From: Paraspadella gotoi
Lineage: Eukaryota; Animalia; Chaetognatha
Direction: 5' to 3'
Assembly (NCBI GenBank): GCA_051294375.1
Contig: CM119264.1
Coordinates: 3,970,699 to 4,034,698 of the forward strand
DNA: 64,000 nucleotides
The notes below the pieces were generated by a model. The model was not told the DNA's origin. It saw nothing but the letters and a program-made list of their open reading frames with translations, and did no database searches. The position numbers were made by a program, and so were the translations under genes. Positions 1 through 15,643 of this stretch are shown piece after piece (within the stretch, counting starts at the first letter, position 1; every line of letters starts with the position of its first letter).

Positions 1-228
1 TAAGAGAGACAAAATGTTTATCACAGAGAGTGAGAACTAGAAAGTGAGTTGAGACGTTGGCTGTTGGGTAAGGAAAGAATGAAACTAAGGAAAGGATAAA
101 AAAAAGGGAAAGAAGGAAATGCGTTAAGGGAGGAAAAGGGTCCAAGGATCCCTGCTATCGTGAATGGGATTGCATGGTCGTCGTCGTCGTCAGTCGTTGT
201 CGTTGTCTTAACTCTTTCACAGATATCA

Positions 229-267
<39 letters not shown>

Positions 268-861
268 TTTCCTCGTCTTCGCTCGTCTTCGCTCGTCTTC
301 GCTCCCTTAAATCTGAAGGGAAATTCCAGACTTTTTTAAAAAAGTAAGAAAAAATGTGTTTGATAAAAATCGTTCTTGAAAATAGTAATCAAAAGACTAG
401 TACGTTATGATTTTAATCGAAAACGCTTTTTTTAATTTCTAGTTTCTATTTTCCTTTTTAAACGGAAAATCAAAAAGCAGTTAGTCCGGTCTTATCTTAG
501 CAAAAAATCATTCATTTTTCTTCCTCCTTAATTTCCACGAAACGAAGAAAAGTAAAAACCCAATGTCTCCCAATAACTGAAAGAAAGTACAAATATGTAG
601 GCTTGTCGCGCTTTTCAGTTAAAATATTAAATACGGAAAGAAAGAAAAGAGAAATGAAAAGAATGAAGAAAGGGACGGGGCGGATGAAGAAGGGATGGGG
701 CGGATGAAGAAAGGGATGGGGCGGAGTTAAGAAAAGGGTGGGGCGGACATTGTCCCAATTCCCATATTCTTCCAACTTGTCGAGTCTCATTATCAATAAT
801 GACTCCTCACAACCGTCCATCCATAACCATAAAACTGGCGGCGAGGGACGAGAGAGAGAGA

Positions 862-963
<102 letters not shown>

Positions 964-2763
964 CTTCTCCGTTGATGAGGGAAGGTGGATGGAGTTTGGG
1001 TGATGGTGGTTTGGGTTGCCAGTGGTAAAAGACGAGGGTTGGGAAAAAAGCTAAAAAAAAGCCACTAAAGAATAATTTATAATTAGATAAATTTTTATAA
1101 AGAAAATAATTCCAAGCTTTGATTGAGTGTATACGTAGAGAAAAATAAAAGCAAAAAAAGGAAAAAAAACTCCATTGCAAGAAATAGATGGCGCTCTACG
1201 GTTTTTATCGTTGGGATATCGTTGTTGTTGTTAATCCTTACGGCTGCCGCCGCGTCTCCTGCGTCTCCTGCGGCTGCTGAGAATCGTTTTACATAAGCGG
1301 AAATTATGTAGAAATCTTTAGTTTTTTTAAAGATCGAACTATCTACTTATTAAAAGGCATATTAAAAATAAAATAATCTTTTAAATTTAAAAACCTCACC
1401 GATCCAGAGTAGAACTGAAAACCTTTCAAGACATAATCTCTCAAAGTCAAGCAAAGCCAAGCAAAGCCAACCAGCAAGCCTCGGCCTCAGAAAGAAATGG
1501 GTGAACAAAAGAGGGTTGGGTGCCAAGACGAGAGAGAGGAGAGAGAGGAGGAGAGAGGAGAGAGAGAGAGAGAGAGAAGAGAGAGAGACGCTCATCATTA
1601 TCGAACTCGACATAAAGATAACATTCCCTTTCTCTCCGCGAAGAAGATGATGAGAACGAAAATGGAGTCGGCGGGAAGAAGAAAAGGGAAGGGAGGAGGA
1701 AGGAGAGAAGAAAAGAAAGAAGGAGAGAAGAAGACAAAGAGAATGAAGGGGAGGCGGAGGATGAAAGAATTATGAAGACGTTGAAAGAAATACAATGGAA
1801 GATCAGGAAAGAATTAATGAATGAATGATTGATTGATTTAATTAAAAAGAATGCTCTAGTATTTGATAAAGATAAGAAGGGAATTAATTTTGAATGTGAA
1901 AAAGTAAAATGAAAAATTTTCACTTAGGAAATACGAGAAAAAAGTCTATTGGAACCCCCGTTGGATCAAAAATCTAAGAATTGTAGTGCTACAGTAACGC
2001 ATTGGTTATGAATCAAAACGGACCGCGAGTTATTTTTGTCATTAAAGTATTGAAAAAATATTACTTCCTGGATTTTTCTTGCTTAAAAAAAATTATCATT
2101 TACGGATATTTTTCTTCTCTCTCTCTCTCTCTCCCAAGATTCTCCCTCTCCTCTCTCTCTCTCTCTTTCTCCTCTCTCTCATCTCTCTCTTCTCTCTCTC
2201 TCTCTCCTCTCTCTTCTCTCTCTGCTCTCTCTCGTTTTGATTTCGAGAGCAGAAAAGATTCGAATTCATCCTTCGCAAAACCGAAATAAATCCGCTTCAG
2301 TCTTTCGACTTCGCTTCGTCTCAAAATGATCCTCTCTTTCCCATCCACCGTTCTAGTCTCTACTGTTTATTACGTTTGAAAAAGATTATTTCATAGCTAT
2401 CTTCAGTTTCAACTTAGTTAATATTAACGCCTTTTGATAAGTATTGAATAACTAATCATCGTAAAATCCTCATACATTGCTGTCCTACTTTTATGTGGAT
2501 CATAATCTCCGCAAAAAAATGATTTCACCCCTGATCGTCATTTCCTCAGCCACCACCCCTACCCTTTCCCCCCATCCTGCCTCACCCACCCCTACCTTCA
2601 ACGCCATCTCAATTTCGACGCGCGCGCCATCTTAACTCCACGAACGAAGACAGCGCCTGCGTCGCGGATTTTAGTATCTATGAATAAGAAATCGCGGGGG
2701 AAAAAAACAATGCGCAAATAAAACAAATATGAACCGGAAAGAAAGAAGACAAGCCCACAAATA

Positions 2764-2863
<100 letters not shown>

Positions 2864-3243
2864 TTACACGAGTTTCAATGTTCTCTTCTTTCACTCGACA
2901 TAAAACAGTAATGGGAAAAGTTAACGAGTTTTTCCATTCTCGTTGTCAAGGTTATTGTGGATGACGTCATAACGGACGGAAAGGAGACGGAGCGGGAGGG
3001 AGAGAGAGACGAATGGGGGTGGAAGATGAAGACGAATGAGAGAGAGAGAGAGAGAGAAGGAGACGAATTGGAGAGGGAGACGTGGCAAAGATAAGGAGAG
3101 GGAGAGGGAGTCGAATAGAGAAGTAAAGACGAATAGGAGGGGAAAACGTTGGAGAGAGAGGGAGACCAAATGTGGAGGGAGATAGAGACGATTGAGATAG
3201 AGACGATTGAGATAGAGATAGACGAGAGATGGGAATAAGAGGT

Positions 3244-3458
3244 AGTCAAGTCAAGTCAAGTCAAGTCAAGTCAAGTCAAGTCAAGTCCCAAGTCAAGTCA
3301 AGTCAAGTCAGTCAAGTCAAAAAAAAGCAAGTCAAGTCAATCAAGTCAAAATCAATCAGTTAAGTCAAGTCAAGTCAAGTCAAGTCAGTCAAGTCAAGTC
3401 AAGTCAAGTCAAGTCAAGTTCAAGTCAAGTCAAGTCAAGTCAAAGTCAAGTCAGTCAA
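3244..3458. repeat. (GTCAA)n pentanucleotide microsatellite
   Basis: Seen directly in the sequence. Confidence 0.95.
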
Positions 3459-4789
3459 GGAGAAAGAGAAGAGAGTAAGACACATTTTAACCAGACGATC
3501 AATTCATATTGAAACCGGAACTGTTCTCCGCCTTGCAATAAGAGCCGAGTTCGACCGTGAAATTTATGATTCGCTACAATATACGTTTACATTAGATGAA
3601 AATTATTTAAAAAAAATAAAGTCATCAAAGTAAATTTAGTACTTGTATACAAAATATATTCGTTATACAATAACGTCCTTAACAAGAAAAACGAAGTTTT
3701 CAAGATTAAAGAGAAACTTAGAGCAAGGAACGTAACGGTCCACGTTCTTTTTATCGGAAAAGGATATCAGTTCCGTCCAGAAATTCGAACCGCAAACTTG
3801 ATCCGACGACGCCCAGCGAAGGTCTGTCCGTCCGTCCGTCTGACTTTTGTTGTCCGTCCGTCCGTCCGTTTCATCTGTTTGTGCCGCCGCAATGGATCAG
3901 ATTTTCTCCGATCTTTTTTGACAAGATATCCAGAATTTGCGTGAATCTGTAATGACTGTGTTACGAAATCATTATCAATATATCTCGAGGATCCAAGCTT
4001 CTCTACTTTCTCCCGATGCCTCTTTTATTTCTATTTTACTAACGCAAGGAAACTCTGTTTCTCCGGCGATCATCAGCGACATCTCTAGTTTCTAATTTGT
4101 ATTATAGTAGTATATATACTTAAGTACATTCTCCGAGTGGCTACGCATGGCTGATTCCTGATTGGTTCCCGCCGTTTCGATAGATTTCAGCATCGATCTC
4201 TATCGACGTGTAACTTTCAGATCTTGTTCAGTCTTGCAATGCGTTTTAATACTTTTTTAAAGATAAATTAATCGCTAATTAAGATATCTCGGAAACTTCT
4301 TTTTTACAAGAAACTAGTGATCGCTGATTGGTGGACTTTCCTGTGATAGAGGCAACCCATTTCTACAAATTTGGCTTCAGAAACAAGTAAGATGGATTCT
4401 TTAAACTTTATATATATTGCTGAGTGTGTATTAAATGTTTTGTTATTCCTTGCCCAGATTCTAAACTCCCCTCAACTCACTCAACTCTACTTTAGATTGA
4501 AAGTGCTGGCTTAGACTTTGTCGTAGTTCCATCTTGAGCTTCAGGACCGGCGCCATCGTCTGCGTCCGCGCCATCTCAACTCGAATTCTCTCGTTTTGAT
4601 AGCGCAGGATCAGCTCAGACAGTTTGCAAAGACAGCCACCTCTACGAACTTAGTTCAATACAGATCTGGTTAAATTGAAATAAATGTAGGTTGGCTCTAT
4701 TCAAAAGTTTACTAATATCATTAATTTTGGTTATATATTTAATGGATTGATTTGGATGCTTTATTTTATTTGCTTTATTTTTCGCTTTA

Positions 4790-5045
4790 TCATTCAATTC
4801 ATTCATTATATCATTCATTCATTCATTATTTCATGTCATTCATGTCTCTTCTATTCTTTCATTCATTCATTCATTTCATTCATTCATTCATTCATCATTC
4901 ATACATTCATTCATACATTAATTATTCTTCATACATTAATTCATTAATTCATAATTCATTAATTAATTCATTAATTCATTAATTCGTTCATTCATTTCAT
5001 CCATTATGTAACTTCCGTTTCATTCATTCGTTCACCCATTCATCC
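4790..5045. repeat. Degenerate (ATTC)n microsatellite
   Basis: Seen directly in the sequence. Confidence 0.85.
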
Positions 5046-5329
5046 CTCCGTCCGTTCGCTCACCCGATATACGGACCCCGACATACGGACTCTCCCTTTC
5101 CGACTCACGATCCATAAAACTCCCGCGGACGAACTACCTTTCGGGGTCAGGCGCTCGGGCGACTCTGCGGGTAACGAGGCACGAGTTTCCGGTTTCCCCG
5201 GGTTTAGAAATCAGGGTGAGTTTTTCAAGTGAGAGGACTGAGAGAGAAATGGTTTTGAGGTGGTAAGTTAGAAAGAGAGAGAGAGAGGAGAGAGAGAGAG
5301 GAGAGAAGAGAGAGAGAGAGAGAAACGTA

Positions 5330-5697
5330 GGGTAAGCAGCAAATCAAAATGATGAGGAGCAGAAGGAATAACTTGTGAGAAAATTTCTTGACTCGTGAAG
5401 GTTTGAAAAGTAAGGTTGAGGTAAGGCACTCCTTCGGTTTGTGAAGGACCGGAGGTGAGTTTCAAAAAGAATTTTTAAAAAAATGATAGGTGAGGGTTTT
5501 TTTCGTTGTTGTCGAATATCGGTCACGACGCCGTCACCGACTAAAACAACAACAACAACAACGACGACGACGACGACGACCCCGTTTTTCACCCTCTCAC
5601 TCCCCCCCTTCACCGCCCCCCTCTTTTACCCCGGGGGCACCTCAGGCGCTAATGCGGCCGAGATAACAAATGCGATTTTTTTTCCACGGATGGCGAA

Positions 5698-5731
<34 letters not shown>

Positions 5732-6441
5732 ACGTTCCACGGGCTCGAGGTAAAGGGGTAATGGGATTCGTTGCCTGGAAAAAAGAAGAAAAAAAAAGAA
5801 GGAAAATTTGCGTATTTACGTCGAGCGAAGTCGACGGAAGTGAAAAAAAAAAATTGACGAAGATTCATTCACGTCTTGTGCCGAGTCACGTGACCCCGGA
5901 GAGGCTCACTCGGGTGAGGTCTTTCTCCTTGGGCTTTCCCGGTTGGGCTGACCTCATTGGGCTGACCCCAGTTGGGCCCACTATGGCTGGGATTGGGATA
6001 ATTTCTCGATTAAAAAAAATCGTGAGACTGAAACCATGGAAGAATTATGTATAAAAGATCGCATATTATTACAATCACTTTATCATTATGACAGGTTATA
6101 TCGTTTATTCATTTTATCACTACATCACTTCATCTCTTCATCAGTGGTTCCATCAATTATCTTCAGCAGCGACTGTAAATTTTCTTCCATTCACAACTCA
6201 TATAAAATCACACAACTCACCCCATCACTTCACAGACCTCACTTCCCTCACTTTCTTCACTGCCCTCGCTTATTTCACTTTCCTCACTTCCTTCACTTTC
6301 CCCACTTCCCTCACTTTCTTACTCCACCTCACTTCAACACTTCATCAGTCTTCGGCCTTACCTCAAATCCCTCGCTCCTCACATGGAGTTTTCGACGCCA
6401 TTACCTTACGGCTTCGGGCGTAGGCGCGACCCATCTTCCTC

Positions 6442-6525
<84 letters not shown>

Positions 6526-7423
6526 CATAATCCTCGACTTCCGGGACGCGATTTCGCCATTAGTTCGTCTGCTTTCTCCGCCCAGAATCCGAGGCGTCGT
6601 CTTCGGCTTCCGGTTCGAGTTCGCTTCACGGTCCCACAACCGCCACCCCAGCCCCAGCCCAGCCCCAGCCCCAAGCCCCAGGCCCCAGCCCCTAATTCCG
6701 CTCCCAACCCTTTACACTTAACCAGTTCCGGAATCCGGCATTATCCGCACTCCTACAACCTCAAATATCCAAAAAAACAGCCTCCATTAATCGGCCTTTA
6801 TTATCAAAATGGCCCCGTTTCAGCTTAAATTTTGAATTAATTAATTTTTAAACTCAAAGTTTGGTCAATGATAAGGGGTTAGTTTTGGGATTAGAATAAG
6901 GATTAGGTTTAGGGATTTGGTTAAGATTAGGGTTAGAGAATTAGGTTGGCGTTATATACTAGATACAAGTGTAAGTCAAAAGTAGGGCGGTCTCGGAAAA
7001 TAGTGCCCATTAATCGTTTGTTTTCTATTTCAACTCTCAACGTGGTTGGTAAAGGTGAATCGTCGGCTGAAGGGTTATGACTCCTTCACTCACGTTCCAT
7101 CCGGAACCCTTTAATATAACACCATCTTGCACCCCCCTCCCCCCCGCGGCTCCCTTCCCTCGTTCCTATCCATTTTTTCATACATTCTTTTATTCATAAA
7201 CTAACCGAGTTTAAACCCTTTTCTCGCTCGTCGCTACAAAAGGAGACCGGAGAGTAGAAGAGGGCTACACGGTGATTTCGATGGACATTAACCTGAGAGA
7301 AACCTCTCCCGCACTCGTCCGCGATATCTCTCCTTTTTCCTCAAGCCAACAACTTTTTTCCTTACCACACCTTACCTACGATGCTCCGGGGACGCTCACG
7401 CACGAGGGCAGCGGAGTCCACCC

Positions 7424-7515
<92 letters not shown>

Positions 7516-7696
7516 CGTTCAGTATTCATAAAATCCCTCCCCCCTTTTTTGCGCGACTCTCACCTCGCCCTCTTTACGAGAGACCGTGGTTAGAGGGAAT
7601 CTTGTTGCCTAGGCATAAGACCTTGGCGAAGGAGGAGATAGAGAGGGAAGATGAGAGAGAGAGAGAGAGAGAGAGAGACCCAGGAGGAGAAGAGAG

Positions 7697-7741
<45 letters not shown>

Positions 7742-7911
7742 TCCAGGCAGGTATGTCTAATGGTTTTTTGATGACTGTCGCACACATGCCGCGGTCTCTT
7801 CAACGCGTTGTGCGTGCAAACGACCTCGCACGCACGTACACGCAGCAGTCGTCCCACGCGGCGTCGAAAGCCGCGCGTGCGTACACACAAGCGCCGGCCA
7901 CGCCCACTTTA

Positions 7912-7952
<41 letters not shown>

Positions 7953-9754
7953 TAATGAACACCATCGCTTTGGCCGAAATAATCGTTTCCATTCACCTGT
8001 CCGGTCAAATTTGCTCGGTCGTTCAATTTAGCCGCACGGCTTCAAGTTATTATTTTATTAGGTGTCATATTTTGTAGTCAATGTTAGTTTATTAAAATTT
8101 TGAATGTTAAAGTCTTGAATTAGTGATTTTAAGATAAGTTTAACGGTTAGTTTAACCTACTCATTAACAATGCTGTAAAATTTATATTTAAAAGTATACT
8201 AACTTTGCTCTGACAAACGGCGACCCTCTTCGTGCCTTCGACACCCTTCTCTCTCTCCCTCTATTCCTTTCTCTTCCTCTCTCTCTCCTTATCCTTTCAT
8301 CTCTCTCCCTCTCTCCCTTCACCCTTGGTCTCTTTCTTCTTTTGATTTTCATCCTTGTCTCTAGTCTACGCCCACTCCCCTCATCATTTCCTCTGCCTCA
8401 ACCTCTTCCTCTGCCTACAACTCTTCCTCCCCACTCTTTCTCCCTCTTCCTCCCCTTTCTTCTCCTCTCTTTCTCCCNNNNNNNNNNNNNNNNNNNNNNN
8501 NNAGGGGAAAGCAGCAAATCAAAAAGATGAGAGAGCAGAACGAGTTAATAACTTGTCCGAGAAAATTTCCTTGACTCTAAGGGTTTTGAAAGTAAGGTGT
8601 TGAGAGGGTAGGCACTCCTTCGGTTTATGAAGGACGGAGGTGCAGCTTAAGTTTCAAAAAGAAGAATTTTAAAAAAAAATGATAGGTGAGGGTTTTTTCG
8701 TTCGTTTGTCGAATATCCGGCGTACGGACTCACGACGCCCGTCAACCGACTAAAACAAACAACACCAGACAACCGACGACGACGAGACGACCCCGTTGTT
8801 CACCCTCTCACTCCCCCCTTCACCGCCCCCCTCTTTTACTTACCCGGGGCACCTCAGCGCTAATGCGGCCGAGATAATCAAATGCGAAATTTTTTTCCAC
8901 GTGATTGTACGGCTGGTTGGGTGAACGCGGGCCGGCGGCTGGCGGGCGGCGGCGGCGGCGGCGGCGCGGGCGGACCGTTCCACGGGCTCGAGTAAAGGGG
9001 TGTAATGGGATATCGTGCCTGGAAAAAGAAGAAAAAAAAAAAAAAGGAAAATTTGGCCCGTCGTATTTACGTCGAGCGAAAGTCGACGGAAGTTGAAAAA
9101 AAAAAAAATTTGACGGAAGATTCATTCACGTCTGTGTGCCGCGAGTCAACGGTACCCCGGGTAGGCTCACTCGGGGTTGAGGTTCTTCTCTCCTTGCGGC
9201 TTCCGGTTTGGGCGACCTTCATTGGGCTTGGACCCCAGGTGGACCCACTATGGCGGCTGGATTGGGATAATTTCTCGATTAAAAAAAAATCGTGGAGACT
9301 AGAAACCATTGGAAGAATTATGTATAAAAGATCGCATATTATTTACAATCATGATATCCATTATGGACAGGGTTAATCGTTAATTCATTTTATCACTACA
9401 TACCTCATTCATCTCTTTATCAGTGTTCATTCAATTATCTTCAGCAGCCGACTGTAAATTTTCTTCCAACATTCACAACTCATATTATAAAATCACAACA
9501 ACTCACCCCATCACTTCACGACCTCACTATCCCATCACTTTCTTACTCCTGCCCTCGCTTATTTCACTTTTCCCCGCTTCACTTCCTTCACTTTCCCCAC
9601 TTTCCCTCACTTCTTACTCCACCTCCAACTTCAAACACCATCAGTCTTCGGCCTTACCTCAAAATCCCTCCCTCCTCACATGGAGTTCTTCGACGCCAGT
9701 TTACCTTACGGGCCTTCGGGCCGTAGGACGCGACCCATCTTCCTCCTACTCTCT

Positions 9755-9805
<51 letters not shown>

Positions 9806-10738
9806 CTCTCCTCTCTCTCTCTCTCTCCATAATCCTCCGACTGCCGGGACGCGAACTTTCGCCATTAGTTCGTCTGCCTTTCTCCGCCCCAGAATCCGAG
9901 GCGTCGTCTTCGCGCTTCCGCGTTCGAAGTCCTTCCAGGTCCCACAACGCCACACCAGCCACCCCAGCCCACCCCAGCCCCAGCCCCTAATTCGCTCCCA
10001 ACCCTTTACACTTAACCAGTTCCGGAATCCGGAATTATCCGACTCCAACAACCTCAAAATCCAAAAAACAGCCTCCATTAATCGGCCTTTTTATCAAAAT
10101 GGCCCCGTTTCAGCTTTAAATTTTGAATTAATTTAATTTTTAAACTACAAAGTTGGTAATGATAAGGGGTTAGTTGGGATTAGATAAGGATTAGGTTTAG
10201 GGGATTTGTTTAAGATTAGGGTTAGAGATTAGTGCTTTGGCGTTATATACTAGATTACAAGTGTAAGTCAAAAAGTAGGGCGGTCTCGTGAAAATATGCC
10301 CATTAATCGTTTGTTTTCATATTTGAACTCTCAACGTGGGTTTGGTAAAGGTGAATCGCGGCTGAAGGGTTGATTGACTCCTTCACTTCCACGTTCCATC
10401 CGGAACCCTTTAAAACACCATCTCACCCACCCCCCCCCCGGGCTCCCTTCCCTCGTTTCCTCAATCCATTTTTCATTAACATTCCTTTTATTCATAAACT
10501 AACCGAGTTTAAACCCTCTTTCTCGCTCGTCGCTACAAAAGGAGACCGGGGAGGAGTAGGAAGAGGGCTACACGCGTGATTTCGATGGACACTTAACCTG
10601 AGAGAAACCTCCCCCCCGCACTTGCGTCCGCGATATCTCTCCTTTTTCCCTCAAGCCAACAACTTTTTTCCTTACCACACCTTACCTCGATGCTCCGGGA
10701 CGCTCACGCACCGAGGCAGCGGAGGTCCACCCCAGCGT

Positions 10739-10828
<90 letters not shown>

Positions 10829-10999
10829 TCGTTCAGTATTCATAAAATCCCTCCCCCTTTTTTCGCGACTCTCACCTCCCCTCTTTACGAGAGACCGTGG
10901 TTAGAGGACACTTTGTTGCCTAGGCATAAGACCTTGGCGAAGAGGAGATAGAGCACGAAGACAGATGGAGAGAGAGAGAGAGAGAGAGAGAGAACGAGG

Positions 11000-11030
<31 letters not shown>

Positions 11031-11820
11031 AGAGATGAGAGAGAGAGAGAGAGAGAGAGTCAGGCAGGTATGTCTTAATGGCTTTTTTGTATGGACTGTC
11101 GCAACAATCGCGGTCTCTTCCAACGCGTCCTGTGCGTGCAAACCGACCTCGCACGCACGTACACGCAGCAGTCGTCCCACGCGGGCGTCGAAAGCGCGCG
11201 CGTGCGTACAACACAAGCGCCGACCACGCCCACTTTATCTTTCTCTCTCTTCTCTCTTTCTCCTCTCTCTCTCTCTCTCTCTCTCTATTAATGAACACCA
11301 TCGCTTTGGCCGAAATAATCGTTCCATTCACCTGTCCGGTCAAATTGCTCGCGACTTCAATTTTAGCGCGCACGGCTTCACAGTTATTATTTTATTAGGT
11401 GTCATATTTTGTAGTCAATGTTAGTTTATTAAAATTTTGAATGTAAAGTCTTGAATTAGTGATTTTAAGATAATGTTAACCGGTTAGTATATACCTACTC
11501 ATTAACAATGCTGTAAAATTTATATTTAAAAGTATACTAACTTTGCTCTGAGCAAACGGCGACCCTCTTCGTGCTCTCGACACCCTTCTCTCTCTCCCTC
11601 TATTCCTTTCTCTTCCTCTCTCTCTTCCTTATCCTTTCATCTCTCTCCCTCCCTCTTCCCTTTACCCCTTGGTCTCTTTCTTTTTTCTTTGATTTTTCAT
11701 CCTTGTCTCTAGTCTACCGCCACTCCCCTCATCATTTCCTCTGCCTCAACCTCTTCCTCTGCCTACAACTCTTCCTCCCCTTTCTCCCTCTTCCTCCCCT
11801 TCTTTCTCCTCTTTCTCCCT
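5330..11820. repeat. Apparent ~3.2-kb tandem duplication (5330-8477 / 8503-~11820) across a 25-N gap
   Basis: Colinear copies that differ mostly by single-base indels. Confidence 0.9.
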
Positions 11821-11976
11821 ATTCCTCCCTCCCTCTCCTCTCTTTCTCCTCTTCTTCCCTTCCCTTCTCCTCTCTTTTCCCTCTTCCTCCCATCCCATTC
11901 TCTTTCTCTCTCTCTCCCATCGCCAGTTTTCTCTCCTTTATAATTTATTCCGTTTTCGCTCTCTATCAGTCTCCAG

Positions 11977-12024
<48 letters not shown>

Positions 12025-13204
12025 CCCGCTTCTTCGCTTTCCATCTTTCTTTCCAAAGCCTCTCTTTTCCGCAAATTTCGTGCAAAATCCAAAGTGCACG
12101 TCGCACGCAGCACATAGTTGCGTGTGAATTGTAAAAGACTTGCAGTCTGGAAGTGAATTTCACAAAAAATTACAAGTTGGGCGCTAATATTAATAAATGT
12201 GGGCTGTGCAGTGTGCAGTTGTGCACGCAGTTTGGCTGAGCTCCCATAGCAACGCGCACGTTTCCATGTTACGTGCGATATCGGAGTCACGGGCGGTCGT
12301 CAGTCTTCGGCTGCGGCGTCGGTCGCCGGCTGCGGCGTCGGCTGCGGAGCAGACTGCCGCGTCGGGCGTCGACCGACTCGGAGGACGAAGGTCGCGATCG
12401 AGGATGCAAGACGCGTCACTCGCGATGAGGGGTGAATATTGTAGAGCGGAATCACGGGGAAAAAAAAGAAAAGGGAGGAAAGAAAAAGAGGTGGAGGAAA
12501 AAGAAGGAAATAAGAAAATGTAAAAAAGGAGGAAAGAAAAGATAAATATTCCATTTTTGAGAGAAGTAATGTTGGGATTGAGGGAGTTGTAACTTGACAT
12601 TTGAAGGGTGAAATGTAAAATGTTTTCTGTATGACTATCGTGAGGGAAACAAACCAACAGACAATATAATACAAACTCCATTAAAACAACGGGGGTATGT
12701 TCTATGTACTGGTACTGTCGCTGGGTAAGGATCTTGGTAAGGCCTTAACTTCAGGGTCGAGACTGCGTTGCCTCGTGACTCGATCGAGGCAGAAAGTGAG
12801 GCTTTGTTCTCGACGTCTTTGAGACGAAAGGAGATTGTGAAGAGTCGAACAAGTGGAAGGAGAGAGGGGAGAATAATTGGAAAGAAAAGGTAAGGCGGAA
12901 TAAAGTGAGGCCAAGCGAATTGAGAGAAGTAAGGCGGAGTGAGGGAGGTAAGTAAATTTATTGGAAGAAAACAAGACAAATTGCAAGAAAATGGATTATT
13001 TTGAAGGAACAAAATAAAACAGGAAAGTTTTCAATCGCCTTTTAATTCAAAGAATAAAGTTACGAGTCTTGATTGGATTTCAGTTTATATTTTAATATTT
13101 TATTAGAATATGACTGACTTAATTTGCATTCAAAGTCTAGTGGAAAGATGGGAGACCTAATAACCTCGGCCGTGAGAAAAATTGAAGAGGGAGGAGGGGA
13201 GAAG

Positions 13205-13683
<479 letters not shown>

Positions 13684-14312
13684 GAATGAGGCGAGGGATT
13701 CAAATATCTCAATTGGGATTTTCTATCGACGAACGAGGACAACGACGAACGCTATCGTCGAATTCCTTCAATAAATCTCCATCATTTTGTTTAATTTTCT
13801 TTCACTTTTTCATTTTCATTTATCTTTTATTTAATTCTCTTTATTTCGTTTCCAGTTTCCGTTTCAGTTTCTTTCTTAAAATATACTCTTTTTCCTCCAT
13901 AATTCAATGATTTCCACACGATACTTTCCACCATTTCCACAACATTTCCGTACATCTCTGCCCATCCCCGTCCCTTTTTCCTCTCCTCTCCGCCCCCACA
14001 TCCCATTTTCCAGTTCCATTTCCACTCCCCTCCTCTTGTCTCCTTGTTCTCCGATGTTCCACATTAGCGAAGTTTAACGACGTTAATAACGAGAAAAATC
14101 CCTTCGCATCTCCACTGTTACGAGTTGAAACGTTAAACGGACTTCGGGACGATTAAATCCACTGCGCGCGTGGCGATGGAACTCAGAGGGCGTTGGCGTT
14201 GGCGTTGGCGTAACGGTGGCGAGAGCTACAATCGCCTCGCTCCGCACCTGGGTACGGACGTGTAACGACGAGTCAAAGCGCCAGCGTATTTAAAACAAAG
14301 CTTTCTCGCTCC

Positions 14313-14422
<110 letters not shown>

Positions 14423-15067
14423 CCGTTTAATAACCTTTGCTCGACAGTTAAAAAGTCTCGAGGAAAAAAGATCATAAAGGCGAAGAAAAACGGTTTGGGT
14501 TGGAACGGGGCTAAGAAGCCAGAGTAACCTTGTTCCTTGTGGCGTCGCCCATTTTAGTAACGCAAAAGGCAGTTTACTTTCTTTTCGAGTTACAGACGGT
14601 GAAACGGTGAAAAGATTTTTTTTTTCACATAATCTCTTTTTGAAAAAAAAAATAAATAAAAAAAAACCTCAGGCTTTTTTTTTAAAGAACACAAGGTCGA
14701 CTTTGCCTTTGAAGTCGAAACGCTCGTGGAATGAGAATGCGGATATTTTTTTCGGCAGCGGCAGCGGCTGCGGTGATGGGGGCGGCGGCGGCGGCAGCGG
14801 CAGCGGCAGCGGAGACCCCGGCGTTCTGCTCGAAAGCAACAACGTCTAAACTCGGATCTTCGTTCTTCGCTACCCTAGATTTTTTACGGATTCTCGAAAG
14901 ACGCCGGCTGCGGTTTTGGACGCGGGGGGGGGGGGGGTGTATATGCCTGGCCGCAGCCGACGTCGCCACGAACATCAGCAGCCGCAAGCCGCTGGGCGCG
15001 GCGCGAATGAATCCCCGGTGCGCATTAAGGCTCGAACTCATTCCCACAACCGCGAGAGAGAGAGAGA

Positions 15068-15122
<55 letters not shown>

Positions 15123-15580
15123 CGAGAGAGAGAGAGAGAGCAGACCGCGCCGAAAGTTTTGAGGTCCCGGGAACAAAGTCGACCGAGGTTATTGCTCTCC
15201 GAGATGGAAAGTGGGGGATGGAAGGGGGGCGGGGTTTGAATGTTAGTCGGGTGTCGAGAAGGGAAAAGATAAGGGGATGAGAAGAGGGTGAGAAACCTGA
15301 AAGAGGGGTAAAAGCTCTTTTAAGGCTGTTAAGGGTAAGGCAACGAGTAAGTAACGACCCCGTTCTCGATGTCGGGTTGTCCTCGGGGAGTGATTTAAAG
15401 CTGAGAGTGATTACTTGTAACTTAACAGTGATTACAGGTAAGAGAAATATCTTGGGTAAGTACTAGGGAGGCTGTGATTCGATGTGGTAAGTCGTAATGA
15501 CTTTTTAAAGAAACTGGGATTTATTTTTTTTATTTTTTTTATTTTTTTATTTTTTTGAGACGATGTGGAATATCGTAAAT

Positions 15581-15643
<63 letters not shown>

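Noticed and set aside
4045-4082. Hammerhead-like CTGATGA..GAAAC on the minus strand
   Set aside because: Stem II is only 2 bp, the cleavage triplet is poor and stem I does not pair.
6875-6945. Telomere-like TTAGGG/TTAGG words
   Set aside because: Short, degenerate and internal; not a tandem array.
14731-15162. Ala-rich ORF with a signal-like start
   Set aside because: Driven by GCG/GCA repeats and runs into an (AG)n tract; no domain seen.
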